Positions 44,357 to 54,365 of a stretch of DNA of 64,000 nucleotides are shown piece after piece (the first letter of the stretch is position 1; each line of letters starts with the position of its first letter). The stretch comes from Dehalococcoidia bacterium (GTDB lineage Bacteria; Chloroflexota; Dehalococcoidia; Lucifugimonadales; UBA3495), in the NCBI GenBank assembly GCA_034428635.1, contig DAOUHR010000085.1, forward strand, positions 905 through 64,904. Reading direction: 5' to 3'. A program made the position numbers and the translations under genes. Below the pieces are notes generated by a model that was not told where the DNA came from, searched no databases, and was given only the letters and a program-made list of their open reading frames with translations.

Positions 44357-45295
44357 ATGAGAGTGATGCTAATCTTGGGGGTGATCGTGGTTATAGGACT
44401 TATCGTCCTGCGCCAGTCACTCTACATTGTTGACGAGACCCAGCAGGTGATTATCCTGCGCTTCAACGAGGTAATCGGCACGCACAATTCCCCGGGGCTC
44501 TATGCCAAAGCCCCCTTTGTTGATGTTGTCGTTACTTTCGACAAGCGGATCCTGCGCATTGACGCCGACCCAGCGTCCATGCCAGACAAGGAAAAGCAGA
44601 ACCTGATAATTGATTCCTACGCCCGTTACCGGATCGTTAACCCGGTGCAGTTCCGCAAGACCCTGCAGACAGAAAGCAATGCCCGCAGCCGCCTGGGCGA
44701 CATTGTCACATCGACATTGCGCGACCGGGTAGCTCTGCGCGACCGGTTTGAAATCATCGGAGCCGAGCCCATTGTGGACGCCGATGGCAATCCGGAAGTG
44801 GATGAGGAGGGCCTGCCCGTTATTGAGGGTCGCAATACCAGGACCGAGATTCTTGATGAGGTGCTGACGGGAGTGCGGGAGCGTACCCGGGACCAGGACT
44901 TCGGTATCGCGATTACCGACGTGAGAATCAAGCGGGCCGACTTCCCCGAATCGGTGACTCCCAGCATTTACACCCGTATGCGGGCGGAACGTAACCGTAT
45001 CGCCACCCGTTTCCGGGCCGAAGGTGAAGAGGAGGACCTGAAAATTCGCGCCGTAGCTAACCGTGACCGTGAGGTTATTTTGGCGACGGCGGAACAGGAG
45101 AGCAACCAGATCAGGGGTCGAGGTGAAGCCGAGGCCATTAGTATCCTGGCCCAGGCCCTGAACCAGGACCCGGAATTCTTCGCTTTCCGCCGCAGCCTGC
45201 AAGCCTACCAAGCGTTCCTGAGCGGCCAGGACACAATTATCCTGTCCTCAGACGAGGAATTGTTCGAGTTCCTGGGATCGCCGGCAGTGAACTAG
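44357..45295 (+). CDS. hflC: FtsH protease modulator HflC (SPFH domain)
   Basis: TM plus SPFH core (LYIVDETQQVIILRFNEV...DSYARYRIVNPVQF...). Directly follows hflK. Confidence 0.88.
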   Translation: MRVMLILGVIVVIGLIVLRQSLYIVDETQQVIILRFNEVIGTHNSPGLYAKAPFVDVVVTFDKRILRIDADPASMPDKEKQNLIIDSYARYRIVNPVQFRKTLQTESNARSRLGDIVTSTLRDRVALRDRFEIIGAEPIVDADGNPEVDEEGLPVIEGRNTRTEILDEVLTGVRERTRDQDFGIAITDVRIKRADFPESVTPSIYTRMRAERNRIATRFRAEGEEEDLKIRAVANRDREVILATAEQESNQIRGRGEAEAISILAQALNQDPEFFAFRRSLQAYQAFLSGQDTIILSSDEELFEFLGSPAVN

Positions 45296-45398
45296 GGAGC
45301 GCGGTTCATCCTCCAGGCCTGCTGACCCAGGCGCTAATAGAATTGTAAATTTGGGCAACGCCTTCCCGTCGTTGCCCAACCTTTGTCAGGAAACATAG

Positions 45399-46553
45399 AT
45401 GAAACTGCACGAGTACCAAGCCAAGGCGATTTTCGCCCGCTACGGCATTGAGATTCCCCGGGGCATCGTCGCGAACACTCCCGAGGAAGCTGGCAATGCC
45501 ACCCGCGAAATGGGTGGCCAGGCGGTTGTTAAGGCCCAGGTCCACGCCGGGGGACGCGGCCAGGGCGGCGGCATCAAGGTAGTCCGCTCCCCAGAGGAAG
45601 CGGAAGAGGTAGCCCGTGGCTTCATCGGCCGTAACCTGGTAACCCGCCAGACCGATGCCCAGGGCGTCCCCATAAACTCGGTGCTGGTGGAGGAGCTGGC
45701 CGATATCAAGCAGGAACTGTACGTGGCCCTGACTATTGACCGGGGTTTCCGCGGCCCGGTGATGATCGCCAGCGCCGCCGGCGGCATGGACATTGAAGAG
45801 GTAGCCGCCACCAACCCTGAGAACATCCACACCGAACCCATTGAACCCGTCCTGGGCCTGATGCCCTACCAGGCGCGGCGGGTTGTTGCCCGCCTGGGGC
45901 TGGAAGGATCTCAGGTCAGGCCAGCCAGCCAGGCGCTTAATGCCCTGTACCGTATTTTTACCGAAAACGACTGTTCCCTGGTGGAGATTAATCCGCTGAT
46001 CATAACCGGCGACGACCGGGTGGTGGCCCTGGACGCCAAGCTGGACGTTGAGGACGACTCCCTGTTCCGCCACAGCGACCTCCGGGACCTGCGGGACCGT
46101 TCCCAGGAGGATGCCCTGGAGGCCCGGGCCTCGGACATGGAGATTGCCTACGTGAACCTGGACGGCAGCGTGGGCTGCCTGGTCAACGGGGCAGGCCTGG
46201 CCATGGCCACCCTGGACGTTACCAACGCCGCCGGCGCGGCCCCCGCCAACTTCCTGGACGTAGGTGGCGGAGCGGACGATGAAAAGGTGGCCAGCGCGGT
46301 GAGCATCATCCTGTCCGACCCCAAGGTGGATCGGGTCTTGATCAACGTCTTCGGCGGCATCCTGCGCTGCGACATAGCCGCTCGGGGTACCGTCCTGGCC
46401 TTTGAGCGCATGAACTCCGATCTGCCCCTGATTGTCCGCATGCTGGGCACCAACGTGGACGAGGGCAAGGAAATTTTGGGAGCCTCATCGCTCAACGTAA
46501 CCTTCGCCGACACCCTGACCGAGGCGGCGGAAGCCGTCCGGCGGGCCGTTTAG
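45399..46553 (+). CDS. sucC: succinyl-CoA synthetase beta subunit
   Basis: MKLHEYQAKAIFARYGI..., an ATP-grasp domain, and the C-terminal GGIVRCD-like GGILRCD motif. Confidence 0.95.
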   Translation: MKLHEYQAKAIFARYGIEIPRGIVANTPEEAGNATREMGGQAVVKAQVHAGGRGQGGGIKVVRSPEEAEEVARGFIGRNLVTRQTDAQGVPINSVLVEELADIKQELYVALTIDRGFRGPVMIASAAGGMDIEEVAATNPENIHTEPIEPVLGLMPYQARRVVARLGLEGSQVRPASQALNALYRIFTENDCSLVEINPLIITGDDRVVALDAKLDVEDDSLFRHSDLRDLRDRSQEDALEARASDMEIAYVNLDGSVGCLVNGAGLAMATLDVTNAAGAAPANFLDVGGGADDEKVASAVSIILSDPKVDRVLINVFGGILRCDIAARGTVLAFERMNSDLPLIVRMLGTNVDEGKEILGASSLNVTFADTLTEAAEAVRRAV

Positions 46554-46688
46554 ACTGCACGGAAGGTCCATTCCCCCCTTATGGGGGAAGTTTAGGATGG
46601 GAGTGGCCGGTACAAGTGCGACCGCCTCAAGAAAGCATAACGCAGATTTCACTATAGTTATTACAGATATCTGGAGTATTAACCACCA

Positions 46689-47576
46689 ATGGGCATTCTC
46701 TTAGATGAAAATTCGCGCATCCTGGTCCAGGGCATTACCGGACGGGAGGGCAGCTTTCACGCCCGGGCTGGCATGGCTTACGGCACCAACGTGGTGGCAG
46801 GCGTTACCCCCGGACGGGGCGGCCAGATGTTTGAGGAAACCGTCCCCGTGTTCAACTCCGTGGAAGAGGCTGTGGCCAAAACAGGGGCCAACGTGTGCCT
46901 GATTTTCGTGCCGCCACCCTTTGCGCCCGACGCTGTGGTCGAGTCTGCCGACGCCGGTGTCCCCCTCATTGCCTGTATCACCGAGGGAGTTCCGGTGCAG
47001 GACATGGCCAAGGTGGCCCGCTACCTGGAGCGCAAGCCGGACGCTCGGCTCATCGGCCCCAACTGCCCCGGCATGATTAACCCCGGGGCCCGCTGCAAGG
47101 TGGGCATAATGCCCGGCAACATCCACATGCCAGGCCGGGTGGGCGTTGTCTCTCGCAGCGGCACCCTCACTTACGAAGCCGTGGGTCAGTTGACCAACCT
47201 GGGGATCGGCCAGTCCAGCTGCGTTGGCATCGGCGGCGACCCCATCATTGGTACCAGCTTTGCCGAAATCCTGCGCCTGTACAACGAGGACCCCGATACC
47301 GACCTCATTGTCTTCATCGGGGAAATCGGCGGTACTATGGAGCAGGAAGCGGCGGCTTACATCAAGGAATCGGTAACCAAGCCCGTGTGCACCCTGATAG
47401 TGGGGGCCACGGCGCCGCCGGGCAAGCGCATGGGCCACGCCGGGGCCATCATCACCGGCGATAGCGCCCGCGCCGAGGCGAAGATCGCCGCCATGCGCGA
47501 GGCCGGCGCCCATATCATACCCACGCCCGCCGACATCGGCGCCACTGCCCAGTCGGTGCTGGCCGGCACGGAGTAG
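46689..47576 (+). CDS. sucD: succinyl-CoA synthetase alpha subunit
   Basis: [21 protein letters not shown] and the phosphohistidine loop GHAGAII. Confidence 0.95.
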   Translation: MGILLDENSRILVQGITGREGSFHARAGMAYGTNVVAGVTPGRGGQMFEETVPVFNSVEEAVAKTGANVCLIFVPPPFAPDAVVESADAGVPLIACITEGVPVQDMAKVARYLERKPDARLIGPNCPGMINPGARCKVGIMPGNIHMPGRVGVVSRSGTLTYEAVGQLTNLGIGQSSCVGIGGDPIIGTSFAEILRLYNEDPDTDLIVFIGEIGGTMEQEAAAYIKESVTKPVCTLIVGATAPPGKRMGHAGAIITGDSARAEAKIAAMREAGAHIIPTPADIGATAQSVLAGTE

Positions 47577-47602
47577 CTTCCAGACTTTGCAGGTCTTCGC
47601 AG

Positions 47603-47623
47603 GGGCGGCCCTTGTGGCCGCCC
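47603..47623 (+). terminator. terminator-like hairpin after sucD
   Basis: gggcggcc-cttgt-ggccgccc followed by ttcatcg (weak T tail). Confidence 0.35.
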
Positions 47624-47777
47624 TTCATCGTCCCCGTTTGAACCTCCGAGGTCCATGCCTCCCTGCCTTCACCAGCTTATATCGTACAATTGCTACTATT
47701 GGCATCAGGCTGCGGTCATCCGTGAATGACCTTCATCGCATACCTTTCGTATGGTATTATTCCCCCTTGGAGGCACT

Positions 47778-48269
47778 ATGTTTGGACTTGCGGTTCTTAC
47801 GGTCAGTACATCGGGCTACCACGGCCAGCGGGAAGATTCCAGCGGCGACAAGATCAAGGAGTTGCTGCCCCCGCCCGACTACGAACTGGTCCGGTACGAG
47901 GTAGTCTCCGACGACAAGGATATGATTGCCCAGCGCATGGCCGATTGGGCCGACTCTGCCGACGTTAACCTGATCGTCAGCACCGGCGGCACGGGCCTGG
48001 GCCCTCGCGACGTTACTCCCGAGGCCTGCCTGTCCATCATCGAGCGGGAGGTGCCCGGCCTGGCTGAGACCATGCGGGCGGAAACGCTGAAGTTCACGCC
48101 CATGGCCATGCTCAGCCGTTCCGTGGCCGGGATACGGGGGACAACCCTCATCCTGACCCTGCCCGGCAGCCCCAAGGGGGTGGCGGAGACCCTCGATGTG
48201 GTCAAGCCGGTCCTGCCCCACGCGCTGGAGTTGCTAAGGCGGGAATCGGTGCAGGAGCACCCGGTTTAG
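47778..48269 (+). CDS. moaB: molybdenum cofactor biosynthesis protein MoaB/MogA family
   Basis: STGGTGLGPRDVTPEA and LPGSPKG motifs. ATG 47778 follows GGAGG. Confidence 0.85.
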   Translation: MFGLAVLTVSTSGYHGQREDSSGDKIKELLPPPDYELVRYEVVSDDKDMIAQRMADWADSADVNLIVSTGGTGLGPRDVTPEACLSIIEREVPGLAETMRAETLKFTPMAMLSRSVAGIRGTTLILTLPGSPKGVAETLDVVKPVLPHALELLRRESVQEHPV

Positions 48270-48308
48270 ACTCAGATCAATTGCAATTCATAGAATAAGG
48301 GTGAGTGG

Positions 48309-49697
48309 TTGATTTCCGACGGTTACATATTTTTCACAGAGGCGCTAAGGCTTTATGTTCAGGGAGTCAGACTTTCGTTAGAAGAACGACTAATCGGGGC
48401 ATTTGCCGAGGAATGGTGGGAAAGAGGAGTGGAAGGCGCTCTGAAAGACCACTTGCTAAGAAACGTTCAGGGTCTAGTTGACAAGAACCCGGATTACCCC
48501 CGGCACATGTTCCTGGATACTTCTCATTATAGTTGGATCGTCTCCGCCCATTATAATGCCGTCTTCGCAGATTGCTTTGGTGATGTGAACAGGACTTTTA
48601 GGAGCCTTCAAAACATTAATGACGTTAGAAATGAATGGGCACACATACACTTCATTCCATCTGCGAAAGTTATCCGAACTGTGAACCTGATGAAGTCCAT
48701 CCTTGCGTCATTGGGAAGAGAGGAGGCGTTGGAGCTTGACCGGATGAGCCAAGAGTTTGTATTGGACCCTGAGGACCGGGACATGGAGGAGGCTCTAAGC
48801 TTCCAAGATGCGGAAGACATTGAACCTCGAACAGTGAATGTTTCAATGGGGCCCTTGGAAGCTTTCCGGCAACTCCAATCATACTTGGTGCTGGAGAAAT
48901 TGGTTGTCTTGCCTGAAAGCGGTGCAGGTACAAAAGCTACTATAAAAGTGAGGGTCCACAACACTGCGCCAGACAGTGATGGATGGCCTGGAGTGTATTT
49001 CTCGCCAGTGATCGTTACGTGTCTCAGGCCAGCATCAACACGTCTCAAAGACATCCTACGATCGGAGATAAGTGGATACGAAAGGCTACGCCAAGAAATA
49101 GAGCAAACCGGAAATAATGACTCTAGCATAAACTTTGGGTCCCTGCGTCCTGGCGAAACGAAGGAAGAAAGTATTTCGCTGGAAGCTGTCGAACTACTTC
49201 AGGTGGAGATGGAAGTATTTGGCATGATAGACCTTAGCAGACTGTTTGAATTCCATCGTAGTACCAGCCTCCCAGCTGACACTATCAGCCCCTTTCAGCA
49301 CAACTTTGTAAACAAACTGGCGACCATCGGCGTAAGGGATTTCGTCAGATTGGTCTTGGAAGAAATTGGCACCTTAAATTCTGACATAGCTATATCTCAA
49401 GTTGCCGCTGTTCGTGAAAGCATAAAGGCTTACTCTAACGAGAGTTCCCAAAAAAGACAGGCCCTCGCGGAGTTAACCCGAGAATTCCGCCTGAGCCGCG
49501 AGACAACTGTTGGTTCCAGGCTCCGGGGGATCATTGTTTCATTGGATGCGTTCGAGAATAAGTTGGCGGAATTGGATCAGGCTATTGGTCAAACCAACTT
49601 GGAACTAATTGCCGAGGCGGCTCAAAACCTTAAGCAGGTCCAATTAGGTGTAATCAGACTGGAAGATGCTATCAGAACTATGGTCGAGGATGACTGA
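48309..49697 (+). CDS. Swt1-type HEPN domain protein with beta-rich middle region and C-terminal coiled coil
   Basis: N-terminal ...FAEEWWERGV...NDVRNEWAH (R107-x4-H112) fits the Swt1-like HEPN pattern. The middle TKATIKVRVHNTAPDSDGWPG... looks Ig/CARDB-like. AT-richer gene (27 G+C in 48541-48600 against 44 in 45541-45600). TTG start. Confidence 0.65.
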   Translation: MISDGYIFFTEALRLYVQGVRLSLEERLIGAFAEEWWERGVEGALKDHLLRNVQGLVDKNPDYPRHMFLDTSHYSWIVSAHYNAVFADCFGDVNRTFRSLQNINDVRNEWAHIHFIPSAKVIRTVNLMKSILASLGREEALELDRMSQEFVLDPEDRDMEEALSFQDAEDIEPRTVNVSMGPLEAFRQLQSYLVLEKLVVLPESGAGTKATIKVRVHNTAPDSDGWPGVYFSPVIVTCLRPASTRLKDILRSEISGYERLRQEIEQTGNNDSSINFGSLRPGETKEESISLEAVELLQVEMEVFGMIDLSRLFEFHRSTSLPADTISPFQHNFVNKLATIGVRDFVRLVLEEIGTLNSDIAISQVAAVRESIKAYSNESSQKRQALAELTREFRLSRETTVGSRLRGIIVSLDAFENKLAELDQAIGQTNLELIAEAAQNLKQVQLGVIRLEDAIRTMVEDD

Positions 49698-49801
49698 CTA
49701 GAGCCCATCGGTCACACCGTGACTTGGGCACTAACCAGTCGGTCAGCATTCCCTTGATCCGGTCCTGACCGGTTAGAGGAACTTTTGCGGAGAATCTACC
49801 C

Positions 49802-50152
49802 ATGACGCAGACCAGCGAATCCCCCGAACCCGTCTATTGGCCCAGGGTTAAGGAAATTATTGGCGACATCATGGAGCGGTGGAAGGAACGGTGGGGACGG
49901 GAACCCTACCCGGGCATCCACGAGTACTACTGGGAGACGCCAGAGGACCTGCAGAACGCCGTCCTGAACGGTTTTCGGGCTATCGAACCCGGCGTCCCCG
50001 GCCGTGACACCCACTTTGTGCGCTCCCTGTACCGCGGCGTTGGCACCTTCGGGAAGATGCCCCTGCGCGGCCCCTTCATAACCAGGGCAGAGGTGGACGA
50101 AATCGCCCAGTGGATCGACGACGGTATGCCTGAAGGGCCTCAGGAGGAGTGA
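49802..50152 (+). CDS. hypothetical protein (116 aa)
   Basis: Coding-like composition. The C-terminal ...GKMPLRGPFITRAEVDEIAQWIDDGMP resembles the tail of cytochrome-c-like domains, but there is no CxxCH. Confidence 0.5.
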   Translation: MTQTSESPEPVYWPRVKEIIGDIMERWKERWGREPYPGIHEYYWETPEDLQNAVLNGFRAIEPGVPGRDTHFVRSLYRGVGTFGKMPLRGPFITRAEVDEIAQWIDDGMPEGPQEE

Positions 50153-50279
50153 AGACTTCGTCCATCACTAACGGGCTTCTGATTGCAAGTGCAGGGGCGG
50201 GTTTCTAGCCGGCCCCGGCACTTGTGGTCCAATGAGCCTCTCGTCGCTCCACCCGCTTTGGGTTCTTCGCCCAAGAAAT

Positions 50280-50314
50280 CAGGGGCTCACCGATTGGTGA
50301 GCCCCTGAGGTTTT
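50280..50314. terminator. bidirectional intrinsic terminator
   Basis: 12-bp stem caggggctcacc/ggtgagcccctg (50280-50307), then aggTTTT. The complementary strand has a T-rich tail too. Lies between convergent genes. Confidence 0.6.
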
Positions 50315-50343
50315 GCCGTGGTTGAAGGTTCGGAAACGGGCGG

Positions 50344-51348
50344 TTAGACCAGCACCGGGTCCTTTACCTTGCTGTACACCTGTATGCGGCCGCGGGTATG
50401 ATCCAGGACGCAGAGGCGGCCCTGGCTGTCAATCCGCACGGCGCAGGGGTGGGCAAAGTTGCGTTCGTAGGTCGGGTCGTTGGCGAAGGCCAGCGCCCGT
50501 TGCCGGATCATGTCCGGATTGGAAAGCAGCTTGTCCTTGCCCCACTGGGACATTACGTGGTCGCCCACCATCTGGGTGACGAAGCGACCGTCGGGAGCCA
50601 GGACCTGTACCCGGTTGTTCAGCCAGTCAGCAACATAGATATCGCCATCTCCGTCCACTGCCACGCCGTTGGGGCGGTTGAACTGGCCCACGCCGTCGCC
50701 AGACTGGCCGTAGCTGGCCTGCCACTCGCCGTCGGAACTAAAGACCTGGATGCGGTCATTGCGCCAGTCGGCCACGTAGACGTTGCCATCCTTGTCCAGG
50801 TCGATTCCCCAGGGCATGTTCAGCTCGCCGGGGCCGCTGCCGAAGCTGCCGAACTGACCCAGGTATTGGCCGTCCAGGGTGAATTTCTGGACCCGTGAAT
50901 TGCGGCTGTCCACGACGAAGACGATGCCGTCTTCGCTGATGGCGATTCCGGCCGGGCGATCCAGTTCTCCATCGCCGGAGCCACCGGTGCCCCACTTGCC
51001 CAGGAACTCGCCGTCCTTGGACATGATGGTGACCCGGTTCAGCCACTCGTCAGTGATGAAAAGCCGTTCCTGGCTGTCTAGGGCGATGCCGGCGGGCCAT
51101 ATGAAGTTGCCGTCTTCCTCGCCATAGGTGCCGAACTCGCTGATGTACTCCTCGCCCAGGGTGCAGGCCGTTACCCGCACACCGTCGGGACGGTTCTCAT
51201 AAGACCGGTTGACCACGTACACCGTGCCGTCGGCATCCACTGCCATGTCTGAGGGGTTGCGGAACCCCGTACCAGCGAACTCGTTACGGCCCACAGAGTG
51301 GCTGTACTCGTACGTCCGGCTGGTAAGACCAAAGAAATGGGTGCTCAT
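50344..51348 (-). CDS. NHL-repeat beta-propeller protein
   Basis: Six repeats of the form F..P.G.A.D..G..YV.D..N.R.Q.F (e.g. NRPNGVAVDGDGDIYVADWLNNRVQVL). No signal peptide seen. Confidence 0.85.
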   Translation of the reverse strand: MSTHFFGLTSRTYEYSHSVGRNEFAGTGFRNPSDMAVDADGTVYVVNRSYENRPDGVRVTACTLGEEYISEFGTYGEEDGNFIWPAGIALDSQERLFITDEWLNRVTIMSKDGEFLGKWGTGGSGDGELDRPAGIAISEDGIVFVVDSRNSRVQKFTLDGQYLGQFGSFGSGPGELNMPWGIDLDKDGNVYVADWRNDRIQVFSSDGEWQASYGQSGDGVGQFNRPNGVAVDGDGDIYVADWLNNRVQVLAPDGRFVTQMVGDHVMSQWGKDKLLSNPDMIRQRALAFANDPTYERNFAHPCAVRIDSQGRLCVLDHTRGRIQVYSKVKDPVLV

Positions 51349-51505
51349 GCTCTTACCTCGTCAATATGCTTTGTGTTGCTCCAGGAACCGACTCTTCTTC
51401 CTTTGGAGGAATGAGCCGGACCCGGATTCTCGGTTGATTCAGTTGTTCCTGTTTAAATGCCTGGTGGGGGGCGGGTTTGAATCCCGCCCCAATGGTCAAT
51501 AGGGC

Positions 51506-52642
51506 CTACAGGAAGCTAATCTTCTCGAAGGAGCCGCCAACGATGGGTTGGGGGTCCATCTTGTAGAAGTCTTCCACTATGGTGGTGTAGATGGAGCGGA
51601 AGTCCATGCCGTATTTGAGGTTTCCGCCCTCTTCCTGCTGGCTGGGCTCCAGGGACGGGTACTCGCCGTAGATGCCGCCCTTAACGTGCTCGCCCACAAC
51701 AAAGGCGATGCCGCCGGCGCCGTGGTCGGTGCCGGAACCATTGTCGGAGATGCGGCGGCCAAACTCGGTGAACATTAGCAGCATGACTTCATCGCTGGCA
51801 TTGTGTTCTCTCAGGTCCTGGTAGAAAGTGTCCACGTTGTTGGACACGTCCGTCCAAAGGCCGGAATGCAGGGAGGCCTGATTGGCGTGGGTGTCAAAGC
51901 TGTTGTACGGGGAGGTGGTGTAGAGCACTCGGCTGCCGAACCCGGCCAGATGGGTCTGGGCGATGTTCTTCATGTACTGGCCGACTACCGTGTTGGAGTA
52001 CTCGACGCTGCTGGTGTACTTGTCGGGGGCGGTGGCCAGGATGTCGGCTCCCTTGAGGGCGTTGGTGCCGGTGCTGTGGATGTAGTCCATGACGGCGCCA
52101 GTGCCCATGGCCGGGGAGTACATGCGACCGAACACGTCCAGAGCATCATTGCGCTGCTCTTCGCCGTCGATGCCGGTCAGCAGTCCATAGGTCTCCAGGT
52201 TGCCGACAGAGGCGACGGGCACGCCTTCCATTACCAGAGCGCGGGGAAGGCCGCGGCCGAAGTTGACGCCAGTCAGCACGTTTTCAGCGTTGGGGTCAAT
52301 TTCCTTGAGGACGCGACCCAGCCACCCCTCGGTGCCGATCTTGTCGGGCTCGCAGGTGTGCCAGATGTCCATGGACCGGAAATGGGAGTAGCTGGGGTTC
52401 TGGTAGCCGACGCCCAGGAAAATGGCTAGCTTCCCTTCGTCCCAGAACTTCTTCAACGGACCCATGGTGGGGTGGAATCCCAGGTCGTCATTGATGGGAA
52501 TAATCTGCCCTTCGGGAATGCCCAAAGTGGGGCGATAGTCCCGATACAGGGGATTGCTATAGGGAATCACGGTATTCAGGCCATCGTTGCCGCCGGAAAG
52601 GGACAGAACGGCCAGTACCGGGTCTTTCTGTGTAGAAACCAT
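51506..52642 (-). CDS. DUF1501 (sulfatase-like) protein
   Basis: LSLSGGNDGLNTVIP and SDNGSGTDHG motifs. Start taken at ATG 52640-52642 after GAAGGAGAAAAGG, 22 nt after the DUF1800 stop. Confidence 0.82.
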   Translation of the reverse strand: MVSTQKDPVLAVLSLSGGNDGLNTVIPYSNPLYRDYRPTLGIPEGQIIPINDDLGFHPTMGPLKKFWDEGKLAIFLGVGYQNPSYSHFRSMDIWHTCEPDKIGTEGWLGRVLKEIDPNAENVLTGVNFGRGLPRALVMEGVPVASVGNLETYGLLTGIDGEEQRNDALDVFGRMYSPAMGTGAVMDYIHSTGTNALKGADILATAPDKYTSSVEYSNTVVGQYMKNIAQTHLAGFGSRVLYTTSPYNSFDTHANQASLHSGLWTDVSNNVDTFYQDLREHNASDEVMLLMFTEFGRRISDNGSGTDHGAGGIAFVVGEHVKGGIYGEYPSLEPSQQEEGGNLKYGMDFRSIYTTIVEDFYKMDPQPIVGGSFEKISFL

Positions 52643-52664
52643 ATCCTTTTCTCCTTCTACTAAA

Positions 52665-54083
52665 TTACTCGAACTGGAACTCTGCCGTAGCGGCAATCAT
52701 CTGGAACATTTCGCCGGTGCGGCGGGAGAACTCGGCCTGGTCAAAAGTTCTGAGATCGCCTTCCTTGGAAGCGTGCGACCTGAGCTGCTGCAGAGTGTCG
52801 CCGGTGACCATCAACGGACCGGTCAGGTCCAGGCAGCCTGCCACGAACTGGTCGGGGGTCAGGGTGTCGCCCTGGGCCCGCAGGCGGTCCACCAGGGACT
52901 GGACGCCCGGAAGCTCTGTGTTCCCCATCAGGTCGGCAGCAAAGTTAATGCGCTCAACCAGCGTGCCGCTGTCAATCCACTCGCGGCCGGTGTGCCAGCC
53001 CTCCACGGTGGGGGGATTCATCAGGTCCATGCCCATGTACTTGGGCTCCTGGGAAAACTCGAACAGCCCGGGTTGGATGTCCCGGTGCTCGCCTACCAGG
53101 CGCATGGTGCCTACCACCATCTCGGCGGGGTTCTTGACCTTGGCGTATCGGACGTCCTCGGCCTTGAAGAAGTCGGACTTGAACAGGACTTCCAGCATGG
53201 CCTTGATTTCGTAGCCGGAGTCGAAGTAGGCCTTCTCCATGGCCTCGATGGCGCCCATGTCCCGCGGGGGAGTCAGACGCCAGGCCGGAACCTGCACGTC
53301 GTCGGCGACGAAGAAGTTGTAGAGATGACGGGCCAGGAATCGGGCGGTGGCGGGCTGCTTGCATATAATGTCCAGCACGTCGTCGCCGTTAAGGTTCCCG
53401 GTCTCGCCCAGGAAGGTCTTATCGCTGTCATCGTGGTCGGCCGGGTCGAAGCGGAACTCCCAAGGGCTGCGACCATAGGGGAAGGGCGGGTAAGAGGGAG
53501 CAATGTTCCAGCCGGTGAAAGCGCGGGCGCAGGCCTTTACGTCGTCCTCGGAGTAGTTGAACTCATCGTCCTTGCCAACACCCAGGGAGAACAACTCCAG
53601 CAGTTCCCGACCATAGTTCTCGTTGAGGTTAGTCTTGTGGCTTTCGCTGTTGTCCAGGTAGTACACCATGGCGGGACTGGTGGACAGCAGTTGAAGCATA
53701 TTCCGGAAATTGCCCATGCCGTGGTCCCGGAACATCTGGATCATTCGACCCATTTCCTGGCCGCTGTCAATCTTGGAATGACCGGCGCAAAAAATCATGT
53801 GCCAGAAGAGGGCCATCTTCTCCTGCAACTGGCGAGGGGTGTTGATCATTCGCCAGACCCACGCCTGGATGTTGGTCTCAATGGCGGCCGCTTCGTGATA
53901 AGCCGGCATGTACCGCATCAGCAGGTCTTCCTCGACATTGGGCACCGAGTCGGGGTTCAGCAGTTCATCTACCACGCTGTCGTAGCCTTGGGCAGCCTTG
54001 GCCTCGATCTCATCGCGGCTGGCGCCAAAACCGGCGCGCCGCAAAAGGTGGGCCATCAAGGCAACATCTTGTTGGTCAGCCAT
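52665..54083 (-). CDS. DUF1800 protein
   Basis: N-terminal HLLRRAGFGA signature. 472 aa. Upstream partner of DUF1501. Confidence 0.82.
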   Translation of the reverse strand: MADQQDVALMAHLLRRAGFGASRDEIEAKAAQGYDSVVDELLNPDSVPNVEEDLLMRYMPAYHEAAAIETNIQAWVWRMINTPRQLQEKMALFWHMIFCAGHSKIDSGQEMGRMIQMFRDHGMGNFRNMLQLLSTSPAMVYYLDNSESHKTNLNENYGRELLELFSLGVGKDDEFNYSEDDVKACARAFTGWNIAPSYPPFPYGRSPWEFRFDPADHDDSDKTFLGETGNLNGDDVLDIICKQPATARFLARHLYNFFVADDVQVPAWRLTPPRDMGAIEAMEKAYFDSGYEIKAMLEVLFKSDFFKAEDVRYAKVKNPAEMVVGTMRLVGEHRDIQPGLFEFSQEPKYMGMDLMNPPTVEGWHTGREWIDSGTLVERINFAADLMGNTELPGVQSLVDRLRAQGDTLTPDQFVAGCLDLTGPLMVTGDTLQQLRSHASKEGDLRTFDQAEFSRRTGEMFQMIAATAEFQFE

Positions 54084-54365
54084 ACAGTCCTCCTTGCATT
54101 TTTTATTTTCAGTACGCTGATTCCACTGGCCCGGTCGTTAACCAAGCCCCACCGATACCGGCCAACCGCCTATCTGAAAAGTGCTGGACAGGCCGTTGTT
54201 TGGTACCGATTATAAGGTAGAAAAAAGATACCTTAACACCTATTGGCTGTCAATATTTTGCGGTGCGCAGTTGGTGCTGTCCTGACTTTAGGATGAACAG
54301 TCCAGAGCAGGTCCTTGAGCAAGAAATGCAGTCGTGAACCGCCGTAAAGATTGGTAGCCAAGAGC

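Noticed and set aside
46554-46688. Unusually long (135-nt) sucC-sucD spacer with a ttcccccc-ttat-gggggaa hairpin
   Set aside because: A single short hairpin with no T-tail, no ORF and no repeat-family match. This is insufficient to call a regulatory element.
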